Shown: positions 38,701-50,700 of the stretch, one piece after another
Position numbering within the stretch: the stretch's first letter is position 1
Layout of the letters: every line of letters begins with the position of its first letter
Source of the DNA: Antedon mediterranea
Taxonomy: Eukaryota; Animalia; Echinodermata
Direction: 5' to 3'
DNA: 64,000 bases
Assembly (NCBI RefSeq): GCF_964355755.1
Contig: NC_092672.1
Location: 34,044,437-34,108,436 of the forward strand
Position numbers and translations under genes: made by a program
Notes under the pieces: generated by a model
Told to the model about the DNA's origin: nothing
What the model saw: only the letters and a program-made list of their open reading frames with translations
The model's database searches: none

Positions 38701-41700
38701 CGTATTTTGGTCTGTAACTTGTTTCTCCTGTTTAGATACTTTTCGCATGATAAACGCATACAAACTAGTTGTAATCAAAACCATCATCACGCCAAGTACA
38801 GACGTTGAAAACATTAAAAGTAAAACAAGCATTGAGAATGAGACTTTTACCAGGATAAGAATTGTACAAACACCAAGTGTTGAAAAGCCCAGACAGATGG
38901 CTATATAATGCCTGCTCTGGATTTTTTTATAGAGATGTGGATGCGAGACTGCAAACAGGCGGTCAACAGCAAGAAGAAGCATAATTAGCATCGAGAAAGA
39001 TAATGAAAAGTAATAAAGAGAAGAAACAACAGTCTCATCTATTCCAGTTCTTGTAAAGTAACAATTAATTTGGTAGCAAACATTAAGGATATCTATAAAT
39101 GTATATAGAATAGCCAAACCTGATATTAACGTAGCTGTTTTAGTTCTTGTCTGTCTTGGAACGACAATGGTAATAAAGAAAAACAAATTTATAAATAGCC
39201 CAATTACATATATCATCAATATTATAATTGCAATTGAATGGGGAAATCCATGACAAAATTCCTCTGTTGCATCAAGATACCGAGATGCGTTAGTGTATGA
39301 ATCGTTGATTGACATTGTTAGCCTATTATTATAATAAACAAAAAAAACAGATAACTATATGGTAAACTTTAATCCAAATATGTTGTAAATTTGTAATTAT
39401 ACTGATATGCAAAACATGCAAAATAATAATATGATAAATTATTTGTGTAAAATTGATATGAAAAATAGATTATGTACACAGTTTTTTAGAGTTCCACGTT
39501 GCGTGCTTTCTCACAACCTTTTTCTTCTTAATAAATTGTATGCATGCGTCAGTTTTCAGGAAAAAATGTTGACACTTGATCTTGATGAAACAAAGTCAGC
39601 AAAAATGTTCACCTCGAACAAGAAATAAAGTGCCAAGCACTCTGAATGTCTTTGGAACTTTATGACATTTGTTGACAGTAAAATGTGCTCAGTGGTGACA
39701 AACCTCAATTAATTTTCTATGCAATAAATTGTTTTTTAGAATGTCTACATTGGCCCAAGAACAAATAAAACAGCAGAAGTATACAGATGTACAACAATTC
39801 TAAGCCAAAATCTATCTTTGAATGCAAAATGTGTCAAAACAACTTAAAGTTCTTCCAAAAATCTATCTTTTCACACAGAATGTCTAATAACAACTTTGAA
39901 GTTCTTCCAAAAATCTCTCTTTGAATACAGAATGTCTCAAAACAACTTTGAAGTTCTTTCAAAAATCTCTCTTTACAGTACAGTTTTGTTCCTCCCACTG
40001 ATGCCAGTCGCATCCAAGAAGCAGTCTTCTCTAGCATCCAAATATATGCTGGGTCCGACAATACAGAATGTCTCAAAACAACTTTGAAGTTCTTCCAAAA
40101 ATCTCTCTTTGATTACAGAATGTCTCAAAATAACTTGAAGTTCCTCCAAAAATTTATCTTTGAATACAGAATTTCCCGAAACAATTTGATGTTCTTCCAA
40201 ATAATTTGTCTATGTAACAAATTATACAACTATATTTTTTACAAGCAAAACACACGTTTGAAAAGCTGAATTCTCTATGATGTATTTGTTGACAACGCAA
40301 ACATTGACAGTGTGACTCTAAATTGAAGCGTTTTACTTAAATACATTAAGAAATAAACACAATCATTTTAAACCAATTTATTTGTAGGACAAAATAATTG
40401 ATATTAAATTGTCAAATTGAATTAACCTTGCTTTTTTTTTATCAAACAAAATATGAACAATAAGCAATACAGCTATAACCAAAGTATTTCAATCAAATTG
40501 ACTTACTAAATGATGGCAACACATTGTACAGTAGTTACTAACATCGAAAAGGAATTAGTACACTAATTTCTTTCTCTTAAAGGTAAAGTTCATTGAAGAA
40601 AAACTCAAAACAAAATTAAAACACCAAAGCCATCATAATTCAAGGTAGAACATTGAATAATATTTTAATGCACTTATTTGTAAATCATAATAAATTGGCC
40701 TTAGAGATTCTGAGTACTCTCCTTTCATTCATGTTATAATTACTTTTTATGAGAATTGAAAAAAAACCATAAACTACTGTATAAAGCAATACTTTTTCTT
40801 ATCTTCTCAAATTTCATGTCAATTTTAATAAATTTAAAATTCAGACAAATTTTTCTTTTTCAAGCCTATTATGTTATGACAAAGTTCTTCATTAACTAAA
40901 AGGTATATAAAATCGTCTTTCTTGTAAACGTACATGTTTGAATATTCTACCATACATTTATTAAAAGGTATTGATATCAAAAACTCTACTGGATGATGAT
41001 TTACCAGTTATAGATGCAAACGTTACTGCAATGCCGCTATCCTACATTACTAATTTATCGTTAGTCAACTGAGAGCAGTAAATGTTAAAACCTGCCCTCT
41101 ATACTTTTGGAACATGCTGTACTCGATAATTGATTTAATCGGTCATAACAAATTAGAGAACTTGTAAGACATGAATGCCATGTCAAACAAATACATTTTT
41201 AATTAGTAAACAAATGGTATATTGGCTTAATTATTAAACTGTCATTATTGACGTGAATACACAGTTGTTTAATATGTTAACCTTTGAACCCAACAATATT
41301 CTATCTATCCATAGAGATATTATATATCTCTATGATCAATCATATGATTGACATACTGATGATAGTTCATGAGTATAAGAATAAACAAAATGAGGCAAAA
41401 CTCTCCCTTAGCAGAAATGGTCCACAGGCCTGTCAAGAGTGTCAGCCCATAAAACACACAATTGTAATTTTATTATATTAACTGCCCATCAAATACAACC
41501 CAAGGGTACTATTAGGTCATTTACAACAAGGTCACACTCCAGCTCGCCTCTCATGTGTGTTAAGATAAACAATCAGAACTGGTAAATTGTTTAAAACAGA
41601 CCAAGATTTATTACCCGGATTTTTTAAAAAACCCGGGTGAAATGGACTGATTCTGCTAAGGGAGAGAAATGCCTAATGGACCTGCCTGTAAGTGTGTCCC

Positions 41701-44700
41701 ATATTGGGAAAGTTGATTAAATTATAAACAATACATTCCTATTACGGTATTTCAATTCTATTATAATAATTAAATTATCCTAATATTATTGAAATTCGAT
41801 AAAGCAAAGTAACCTAAGTTGAGACTGTAAAACTAGTAGGCTTAATTCGCATGTGAAAACAACTTTTACAGTAAAACGCATCACTCATGGTTTTTTTGTA
41901 TACGGGTAAGTTGCGCCACATGTAAATTGGGTTAGTAACAGCTCGAAGCAAACACAGATGCATTATAGCAAATTCAATGTGAGTAATATACGATTTACCT
42001 ACCGATGCTGGTCCTGTTAATAAAGTAAAAATAAAATAAGGGAAAAAACATATATAATAAATAGTGAGACTAAACACAAAAGTCTTCGCAAGTTTCTTAC
42101 TCAACAAAATACGCATCCGATTACAATGCTCAGAAAATCGTTTTTCTTGTAAACGTACACGTTTAAAGATTCTAACATACATTACAGTCACAATGATCAG
42201 TAAAATTGTAGCGACAAACGTAAAGATATCCACAAACAAATTATTTGCATTTATATCTACAAAGACATTCATCCTCTCTAGAGTAACTATTGTAACAACA
42301 AACGTGACTGATATAGCTAATGTTGCCAAACATACACGTCCATATATTCTGCAGGTGAGAGTGGCATAGGTCATTGGGCAAATAACAGCTACGTAGCGAT
42401 CTATAGTCATATACAGAAGACTCATCAGGCTTAGAAACTGTGCAGAACTGAAGATGATTGGAATGCTATACAAAAAGCAAAATTCTCTACCATATAAATG
42501 TATAAGGGTACAGATAACAAGGATCAACACACCAGTTAGAAGTTCAACACCAAGAACATTAATAACTAAAATATCCGTCTTTGTTTTCTTCTTTTTCGCT
42601 ACGAAAATTCCATACAGTATGACTGAGTTGAGCACGATTGCAGATATGGTAAGAAAAAAAGATACAAACATTCCATAAATGTGAATGGCATGCAAATCAG
42701 ATGTTCCATTTTCACTGGAGTTGTTTGCAACCATTTTAAATATGAAAAAATCCTGCCGAAACCGTTTGATAGATACAGTACCAAATATCTGCATAAAAGT
42801 TTTACAGTAGATTTACAGTTTCAGTTCAAAGCAGATAAGCAGTTTATCGCCAATGAATAATTTATAAACAATCAGCATTTTAAATAAAAAAATACGGTTC
42901 ACCAATTTATTAATCAGAACAAAAAAACATCCAAAATAATTTTCTGGTCAAAACAGACAAGTTGTTACAAAGAATAACAGTTTTAATTATCAGCATTTCA
43001 AATTCAAGGCTAAAAATAATTAACTTACTGAAACTAGTCTACTGTTGAATCCAATTTATAAAAGATTATAATTTCAAATTTATAATCAGGTCAACCAATT
43101 AGCAAAACATCCAAAATAATTTTCTAGTGAAATCACAATAGTAGTTCCTTCATTTGATCACAGTTCAGTTTAATTGAAAGAAATTGTAGTGCTTGTCAAA
43201 TAAGCTTCAGAAAATGTTAGAAAATGTATCTATAAACTGGTAAACTGCCATTTTTATAGACAAACAACAAAGGCACATCTTATTCTGCGACGATATTCTG
43301 CATCTCATCAAAATTACTAAATTAGAATGCTCTGATGATCTATATCAAGTATTATAGTGGATATTAGATTTCAAAAGGTACCGTACATCCCGTTATTACT
43401 TGTACATCAGCTAGATACTTAATGTGTATAACTAGCTGTTATAAATGTCTCGGTTACAACAATCTATATCAGTAAAATTACAATTTGAGTATTTCATGTC
43501 AATATGTTGGTTGATAATATTGATTACTGCTGGTAATAATGTTCTGATATACTTCAATAATCATTGTTGTAACTTTAAAAAAATACATCCACTTAAAACA
43601 GAATGTTCAAATTAGCCAACTGGCTTTATTCAAACAAATCAGTAACTATACACTTTATTATGTCAACTAAAAAACTGTCATCATATTTCAAAATTAATTA
43701 TTGAGCAAAGTAGTTTAATAAGTGCTACAGTTGAATGAGTTCTAAAGTTGAAAAGTTCTGCAGTTAAATAAGTTCAGCAGTTGAATACATTCTGCAGGTG
43801 AGTAAGTTCTGCAGTTAAATAGGTTCTGCAGGTGAATAAGTTCTGCAGTTAAATAAGTTCAGCAGTTGAATACATTCTGCAGGTGAATAAGTTCTGCAGT
43901 TGAATAGGTTCTGCAGGTGAATAAGTTCTGCCATCAAAATTATGCAGGTAAAGAAGTTCTGCAGTTGAATAAGTGCTAAAGTTGAATAAGTCTTGCAGTT
44001 AAAAAAGTTCTGCAGTTGAATAAGTTCTAAAGTTGAATAAGTGTTGAAGTTGAATAAGTTCTGAAGTTGAGTAAGTTCTGCAGTTGAGTAAGTGCTGCAG
44101 GTGAATAAGTGCTGAAGTTGAATAAATGCTAAAGTTGAATAAGTTCTGCAGTTTTCAGCATAGGTTGTGCAAAACTATTCAAAATAATCACTGTTCTATT
44201 TACAATTGAATTTGTTATAAAATAATAAAAAATAATTTAAAACATACAATTTTTATCAAGTGACTGTGTCATGACCGACTCTTGAGCTTTTAAGGTATAA
44301 AACTGACTTCATAGCCACACGATACTTAATGTGTCTAGTCCAGTAAATCCATGGATTGATAGTGCCGTCAACAATCAACCAAATCGCAGTAAGCGATACC
44401 TCACAAGGAATAATGTCACAGATAATATCTTCACTTACATCACTGTTGAATAGATCCTTGTTACGAAATAACTTAATAGATTTACCAATTAAAAAAGGCA
44501 GCCAAAGTAAATATGTAATCACAAGGCGTATTGTAAATGAAACAACAAGTTTGAAGTTTCTCTTCTTACTCCATCTGCCACTCTCTCCAGATTTATTCTT
44601 TGTAATTTGTGATTTATGTCTAATGAGAGTTTTAAAAATCCTGCTGTATAAAACCGCAACAGCGAATAAACTGATTGCGCCAACAGCAACAAAAATTGCC

Positions 44701-47700
44701 ATTATAATAAAAATGGCCTTATAGACTGCTCCGTTACCCAATTGTCCAGCAACAATTGAACCACATACCAAGATAAGTGTAAATGTCCACATAGCAGTAA
44801 CCACAAGTACATATTTCCAGGGTCTTGGATATTGTTTATATGTCAAGGGCGAATGAACAACAGCCAAAAATCTGTCTACTGCGATTACAAGAATTGTAAA
44901 AGGAGATAAATTCAAAATACACAACCATATCATTGAAACTTGAGTTGAGACAATAAACGGTTGATAGTAGTATAAAATACTGCTCAGAATGACCAAGAAA
45001 CTGGTGACAATGTCCACAACTGCTAAGTTACCAACTAAAATATTGGTCTTGACTTGTAATGACTTGGTCTTTAGGAGCGCTGCTAGGAAGATGGAGTTCC
45101 CGATAAACGTTACCATTGCTGTCATTACCGATGCACAATAATAGACAGTGGTTCCAAGGTCACTCGGATCAGTTGTATTTACATCCATCTCAAAACGTAA
45201 TTCTGTATTTTAACCTCCGATGTTTTTTAGATGTCAAGACACAGATGTACCATAGTAAGAGCAATAATCATCATATATAAAGAAAACTAGAGCACAACAT
45301 TGTACTTTGGTTATACTTATTATATCATTTAATCAATAACTTTCAAATTGGTATAACCTACTCTATTCACCTATATATACTAAAAAAAAATTGTATTGTA
45401 CTTAATATTGTATTGGTTTTAAACAACTTCGTGTAAGTAATAATAATTGTTCTTGCTCATGACAGATTGCAGTATTGATTATAAATTAAACTATTAGTAC
45501 CTGCATGGTGGTATAACATAGTCAAATAACAATAGTTTCTTGATGTGTGGTAAATATGTATCATCATAGGGAGTCTTTGATTTACGATGACCTTGGAACT
45601 ATAGTTACGTCATCATGTTAATTCATTGTGCCCTTGAGAGGGGTGGGGGGGGGGGATATTGAGATGTGCTTCCTGTTTCCATTCCTTAACACAGTTTTGG
45701 TGGGTCTAGACGACAACTAAAGTCGAGCGTAGCGCAACGCAAAGCAAAAGCTTATTAAGGCCAATTTACACAGACGAGCAGTAAATGGAAAGTGGAAAAC
45801 CACGTAGGTTGTCCCACATAGAATCTGATACTGGGCAGAAACCGCCTGTCTGCTAGGCGTTGTGTGTAAATGGTCATAGATTCTATATTTTTATTACCGT
45901 TACCGCTCGTCTGTGTAACTTATATCAGTAATTATGAAATCAATATAGGAAATAAAATCAATGCAAACACTTGATGGAAAAAATTTCACAGAAACATGCA
46001 TTATATAATACAGTAATATATTTATGACAATGTTACATTTCTATTTTTCAGAGAGGATGTCCTTAAGGTATAATTCACATTGTTCCATTTCACAAAGCGA
46101 AAGACAGTTCTACTTTGTTCAATGATGGAAAGTCATATAAGAAACTGAACGGTGCAATCCTGAAAATGTAAGTAAGTGTGAAAGAAGTTTATGTTTTTTT
46201 TCTTCAATCATACGCCTACAAGAGTTATTCCATCCACAAAAACATATACTAAGGCTACTTTCAGACTAAAAAAATTAGATATATTTATCTAACACAAGTT
46301 GTATGGTGATCCGTGGCGTTAAAATGGAAAGGGTTCAAAGATAACCTTCTAAATGTCTAGTATTTCAAATGAAAGTTTTGTCGTATCACCAATCACGGTC
46401 ATGTCTCTACATTAGTTGATGTAAAAATCTGTGATGCATCAAGACGCAGTGGCATTCACAAACCTGGCTTCTATAAACGATTTGTTGTAAATGTAGAACG
46501 CGAGGTGTTACCAGCTGTATAATATTGATCCAGGGTTCAGTTTAGACATTTTTTCATTACTGTGTTTACCGTTTTTCTGTTGAAGATGATACGTCATTAA
46601 TAGTTGATGGTTTCTTTCTGAAAAGCAAGACAGACTTCATAGCCACACGATACTTAACGTGTCTAGTCCAGTAAATCCATGGATTGATAGTGCCGTCAAC
46701 AATCAACCAAATCGCAGTAAGCGATATCCCACAAGGAATAATGTCACAGATAATATCTTCACTTATGTCACTGTCATTAAAAAATAAATCTTTCTTTAGA
46801 AATAACTTCACTGATTTGCCGATTAAAAAAGGCAGCCAAAGTAAATATGTAATTACAAGCCGTATTGTAAATGAAACGACAAGTTTTAACTTTCTTTTTT
46901 CACTACATCTGCCCCCTTCTGAAACCTGACTAGTCGTTGTCTGTGTCTTATTTCTAATGAGAGCTTTAAAAATCTTCCTGTATAAATATGCAACAGTGGA
47001 TAAACTGATTGCGCCAATAACAACAAAAATTGTCATTATAATAAAAATGCCCTTATAGACTGCTCCGTTACCCAATTGTCCAGCAACAATTGAACCACAT
47101 ACCAAGATAAGTGTAAATGTCCACATAGCAGTAACCACAAGTACATATTTCCAAGGTCTTGGATATTGTTTATATGTCAAGGGCGAATGAACAACAGCCA
47201 AAAATCTGTCTACTGCGATTACAAGAATTGTAAAAGGAGATAAATTCAAAATACACAACCATATCATTGAAACTTGAATTGAGACAATAAACGATTGATA
47301 GTAGTATAAAATACTGCTGAGAATGACCAAGAAACTGGTGACAATGTCCACAACTGCTAAGTTACCAACTAAAATATTGGTCTTGACTTGTAATGACTTG
47401 GTCTTTAGGAGCGCCGCTAGGAAGATGGAGTTCCCGATGAACGTTACCGTTCCAATTGTTCCAGAAAAAAAGTAGTAAGCATGTGTACCAAATTTATTTG
47501 AATCTGGGATTGTGTCATTAAGTTCCGTGCCATTTTCATCCATTTTGATCTTCAATAGTATCAATTAATGTTGAACCTTGGCCACAATAAAAGCAGGTAT
47601 GATAACCTTCACTTTATCAGTTATGTAGTCACAAGGAAAAAAGTTGTGTGGTTGTCGCAAGAAATGGGAATAATCTCTGTTCAAGCCACTGGGTTGTCAA

Positions 47701-50700
47701 CGTCCTCTGTGAAAAAGTGGTCAGGTTGAAACCTTACAACCCTCCTTATACGCTATAAATCAAATTTCTCAAAACTGCTGGCCAAATGATACCATTAAAT
47801 CAAGTTTCTCCTACAACACTTTTGTACATTTGGTATTAGCAAAACATGTTCTCTTGAAGCATTCAATTATCTTGGCTTACCCTTTATGAAATTCTGCTAC
47901 AACCTGTAGAAGTTAATAAGCTTGATAAAGTAGCTTTCCAAATTCAGAAATCCTTAATTTGTGTTGAACATCTCACAGCTACCATTAATGAGTATTTAAA
48001 TATCTTAGACGATGACATTCACATTAGCACTACAAAATATCCTCAACACCAGTATAGGTACTCAACAACTATTATACAATGGCTACAAACCATAGCAATC
48101 TTGTTTATACATAAAACAGACTTTAAAGTATGGTTTCAAGGCATATAATGTTAATTACAGATGAATATGTGAAAAGCGTCACTTATCCAGAAGGCATCCA
48201 AGCTAATTATACTTGTACTGCACAAAAAATATATGAACTGTGACACATTTACTACACAGAAGGAAATCGAACAATATTCTGTTAATCAATTTAGATAAAC
48301 GATATCAAGTCCTTGAATGTTACTATTCACATTGAAATAGTTTTAAATAAATGCTAGTGGCAAGTCAGCCCACACTTATAATCCAATAGCACTGCATTAT
48401 TCATTGTTACTTAATCCTTGAATTATCATTATGATTTTCTTTAAAAAAATTAATTTTTCATTGAAATTGGTAGAAATAGAATGGAATATGTATTGTACAC
48501 ACCCTTCGGATAATAATAAATGACAAAGAGGGGGTTTTGTGTAAAATTACATTATCCATAATTGAAATGTATACTTTAGGTTTATACTATAGGAAACAGA
48601 CAATGAAATTATTTTGATGATGATTGTATTCAATTTTACAGTAGTGTTGTTTTATTAGAATATATTTGTCTATAAAAACACATTTTACCAATCTCAATCA
48701 TCAGGGGAGAATCCATAATTTTGTTTTCTGTTAGGGTGGCGACCATCGCTAAACAAGGATTGAAGTGTTTGACTTTTTTTTTTGTGGGCTACTAAGAGCA
48801 AAATTGCCTACACCTGGACCTTCCAAAGGCTATGGCTAAATTTTGAATTTTAGGACAAAAATTCATTTTATATTGTTTGGTTTTCAGATGCAATATAATC
48901 AATCCCATTTTAGATATATATGAGATATTAAAACAGTGACGTAGGTGAGAGTAAGCTGATTAGAAAAACTTATAGAATATTTGATCTACATAAAACATGA
49001 AATAAACATTTAACACTGTCTATCTTAAGGTCATTTAGAAAAGCTTTTAAAAGGATTTTTACTTCTTACATGAGATAAAGGTTAGAACGAAAATTTTCAA
49101 TTTTTTTTTAAATTTTCAAATTTTTCTTATTTTCTTCTCTATAATAAATATTAAAAAAACAAAAAACATCTCGTGTTCAAGGGATCACAATCCTTACCCA
49201 AACAATGCAACGAACAAATTTATTCAACTATATTGTATATATTTTAGAAAATTAGAGAATGAGTAGTAGTAGTATATTTTCTTAGGGAAAATGTGCATCA
49301 GAGAGAAATATTCCCCACTACTAAGGTTGTGTTCAGACTTTAAACTCACTTATGTGTAACCTAAATTACTCTTAGGAATAACCAGACGAACTGTTCAGAC
49401 TACAACAAATTTACACATGTAAACTATCAAGCATATTTAATGCATCTTTTTACATTAGTACGGTAGGTTGCGGTTTAAGGTGTATTTGAAAAATTGGGTT
49501 TTTGATACAGCTAGTTTAACTCAACATTTACAGCACATGCAACCATTGCATGTGTAAATTGTAAAGTCCGACCAGGCTCTAATTCAGATTCACACAAGGA
49601 CTGAGAGAGTTTATGAAAATAGTACAGGAAACAATGTTGGTAGTATTATCTCAAAAAAGAGCAATTAGTATTTCTCATGAAAATCAAAAGCATGCAAGCA
49701 TTAAACCTTTTGCTATTTGTAAAATTTCCATGCAAGTTGAGCACGCTTTAGAACACCACCCCCTGTCAAACTGCCCACCTGACACTGTCTCAGGATTGTG
49801 TTGCTTAACACTAAAAACATTGGACCTGGTGACCCAATTCCCGCATAACCCGATAAATAAAAAAACTGACTGTGAGAAGATTTTGCAATTTTGCAATTTT
49901 GCAATGCTGACTGTAGTTCAATTTTGATAATTACAATACCATTTCACGTATTGATTACAATATTAATAATTAATATTAACTTCTAAGATCAGGAATTGTG
50001 AAAGTACCAGGTAATTTCCCGGTACTTGATTTGGTCTACTAGTGTTGTCCCTTCTAACCCACTAGTCATCTAAAAGATACATTTGAAAACTGGATGTTTT
50101 CTGAAAATGCAATATAGGCCTACGCACCGTTTTTCACAAGACATTAATTATTGAGTACAAGACATTATTTATGTAATACCAGACATGAATTATGGAGTAC
50201 AAAACATTATTCAGGATCTTGCGTAAACACTGATTGCGATTGGTGTGACGTACAAAAGTAATTTTCAAATTAAAAATAGAAACTGATTAAAAAAAGAGGG
50301 CCTGACAATTCTCAACAGTCTGTATACAGTGGAAAGTGATTTATACGCTCTAGTTAATATGCTCAACATGCTACAACGCAGACATAGTGATGTGTGTGTG
50401 ACTGAGTAGGGGGTGTGGCTTCAAACTGGCATATATGATTGGTCAATTAACAGAGCCATGGTGGTAGTCTTTTCAGCCTAATAAGTTGTGATTGCAATTT
50501 TTTTTTCGAGACAAGTAGGGGGTTACCCGGTGTACGAGTTCACAAACTGAACCACTGTCGTAGACAGATGTATTGGCGCCGTAGTTGGCTGCCGGTGACA
50601 CGATGTGACCCTTAGGGGAGAAGAACATTGTTGAAAAGGTATAACATCGCTCTGATCTTCACGAAATAGCGCTATATAAATGTCGCATTTTATATAGTAT

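Noticed and set aside
42064-46929. + strand ORFs overlapping the GPCRs (42064, 42454, 44356, 46684; also 33463)
   Set aside because: Antisense shadows of the receptor coding sequences.
47858-48148. 97-codon stop-free + strand frame upstream of GPCR 8
   Set aside because: It has no ATG and no recognisable motif or clear splice sites; a few such frames are expected by chance in 64 kb.
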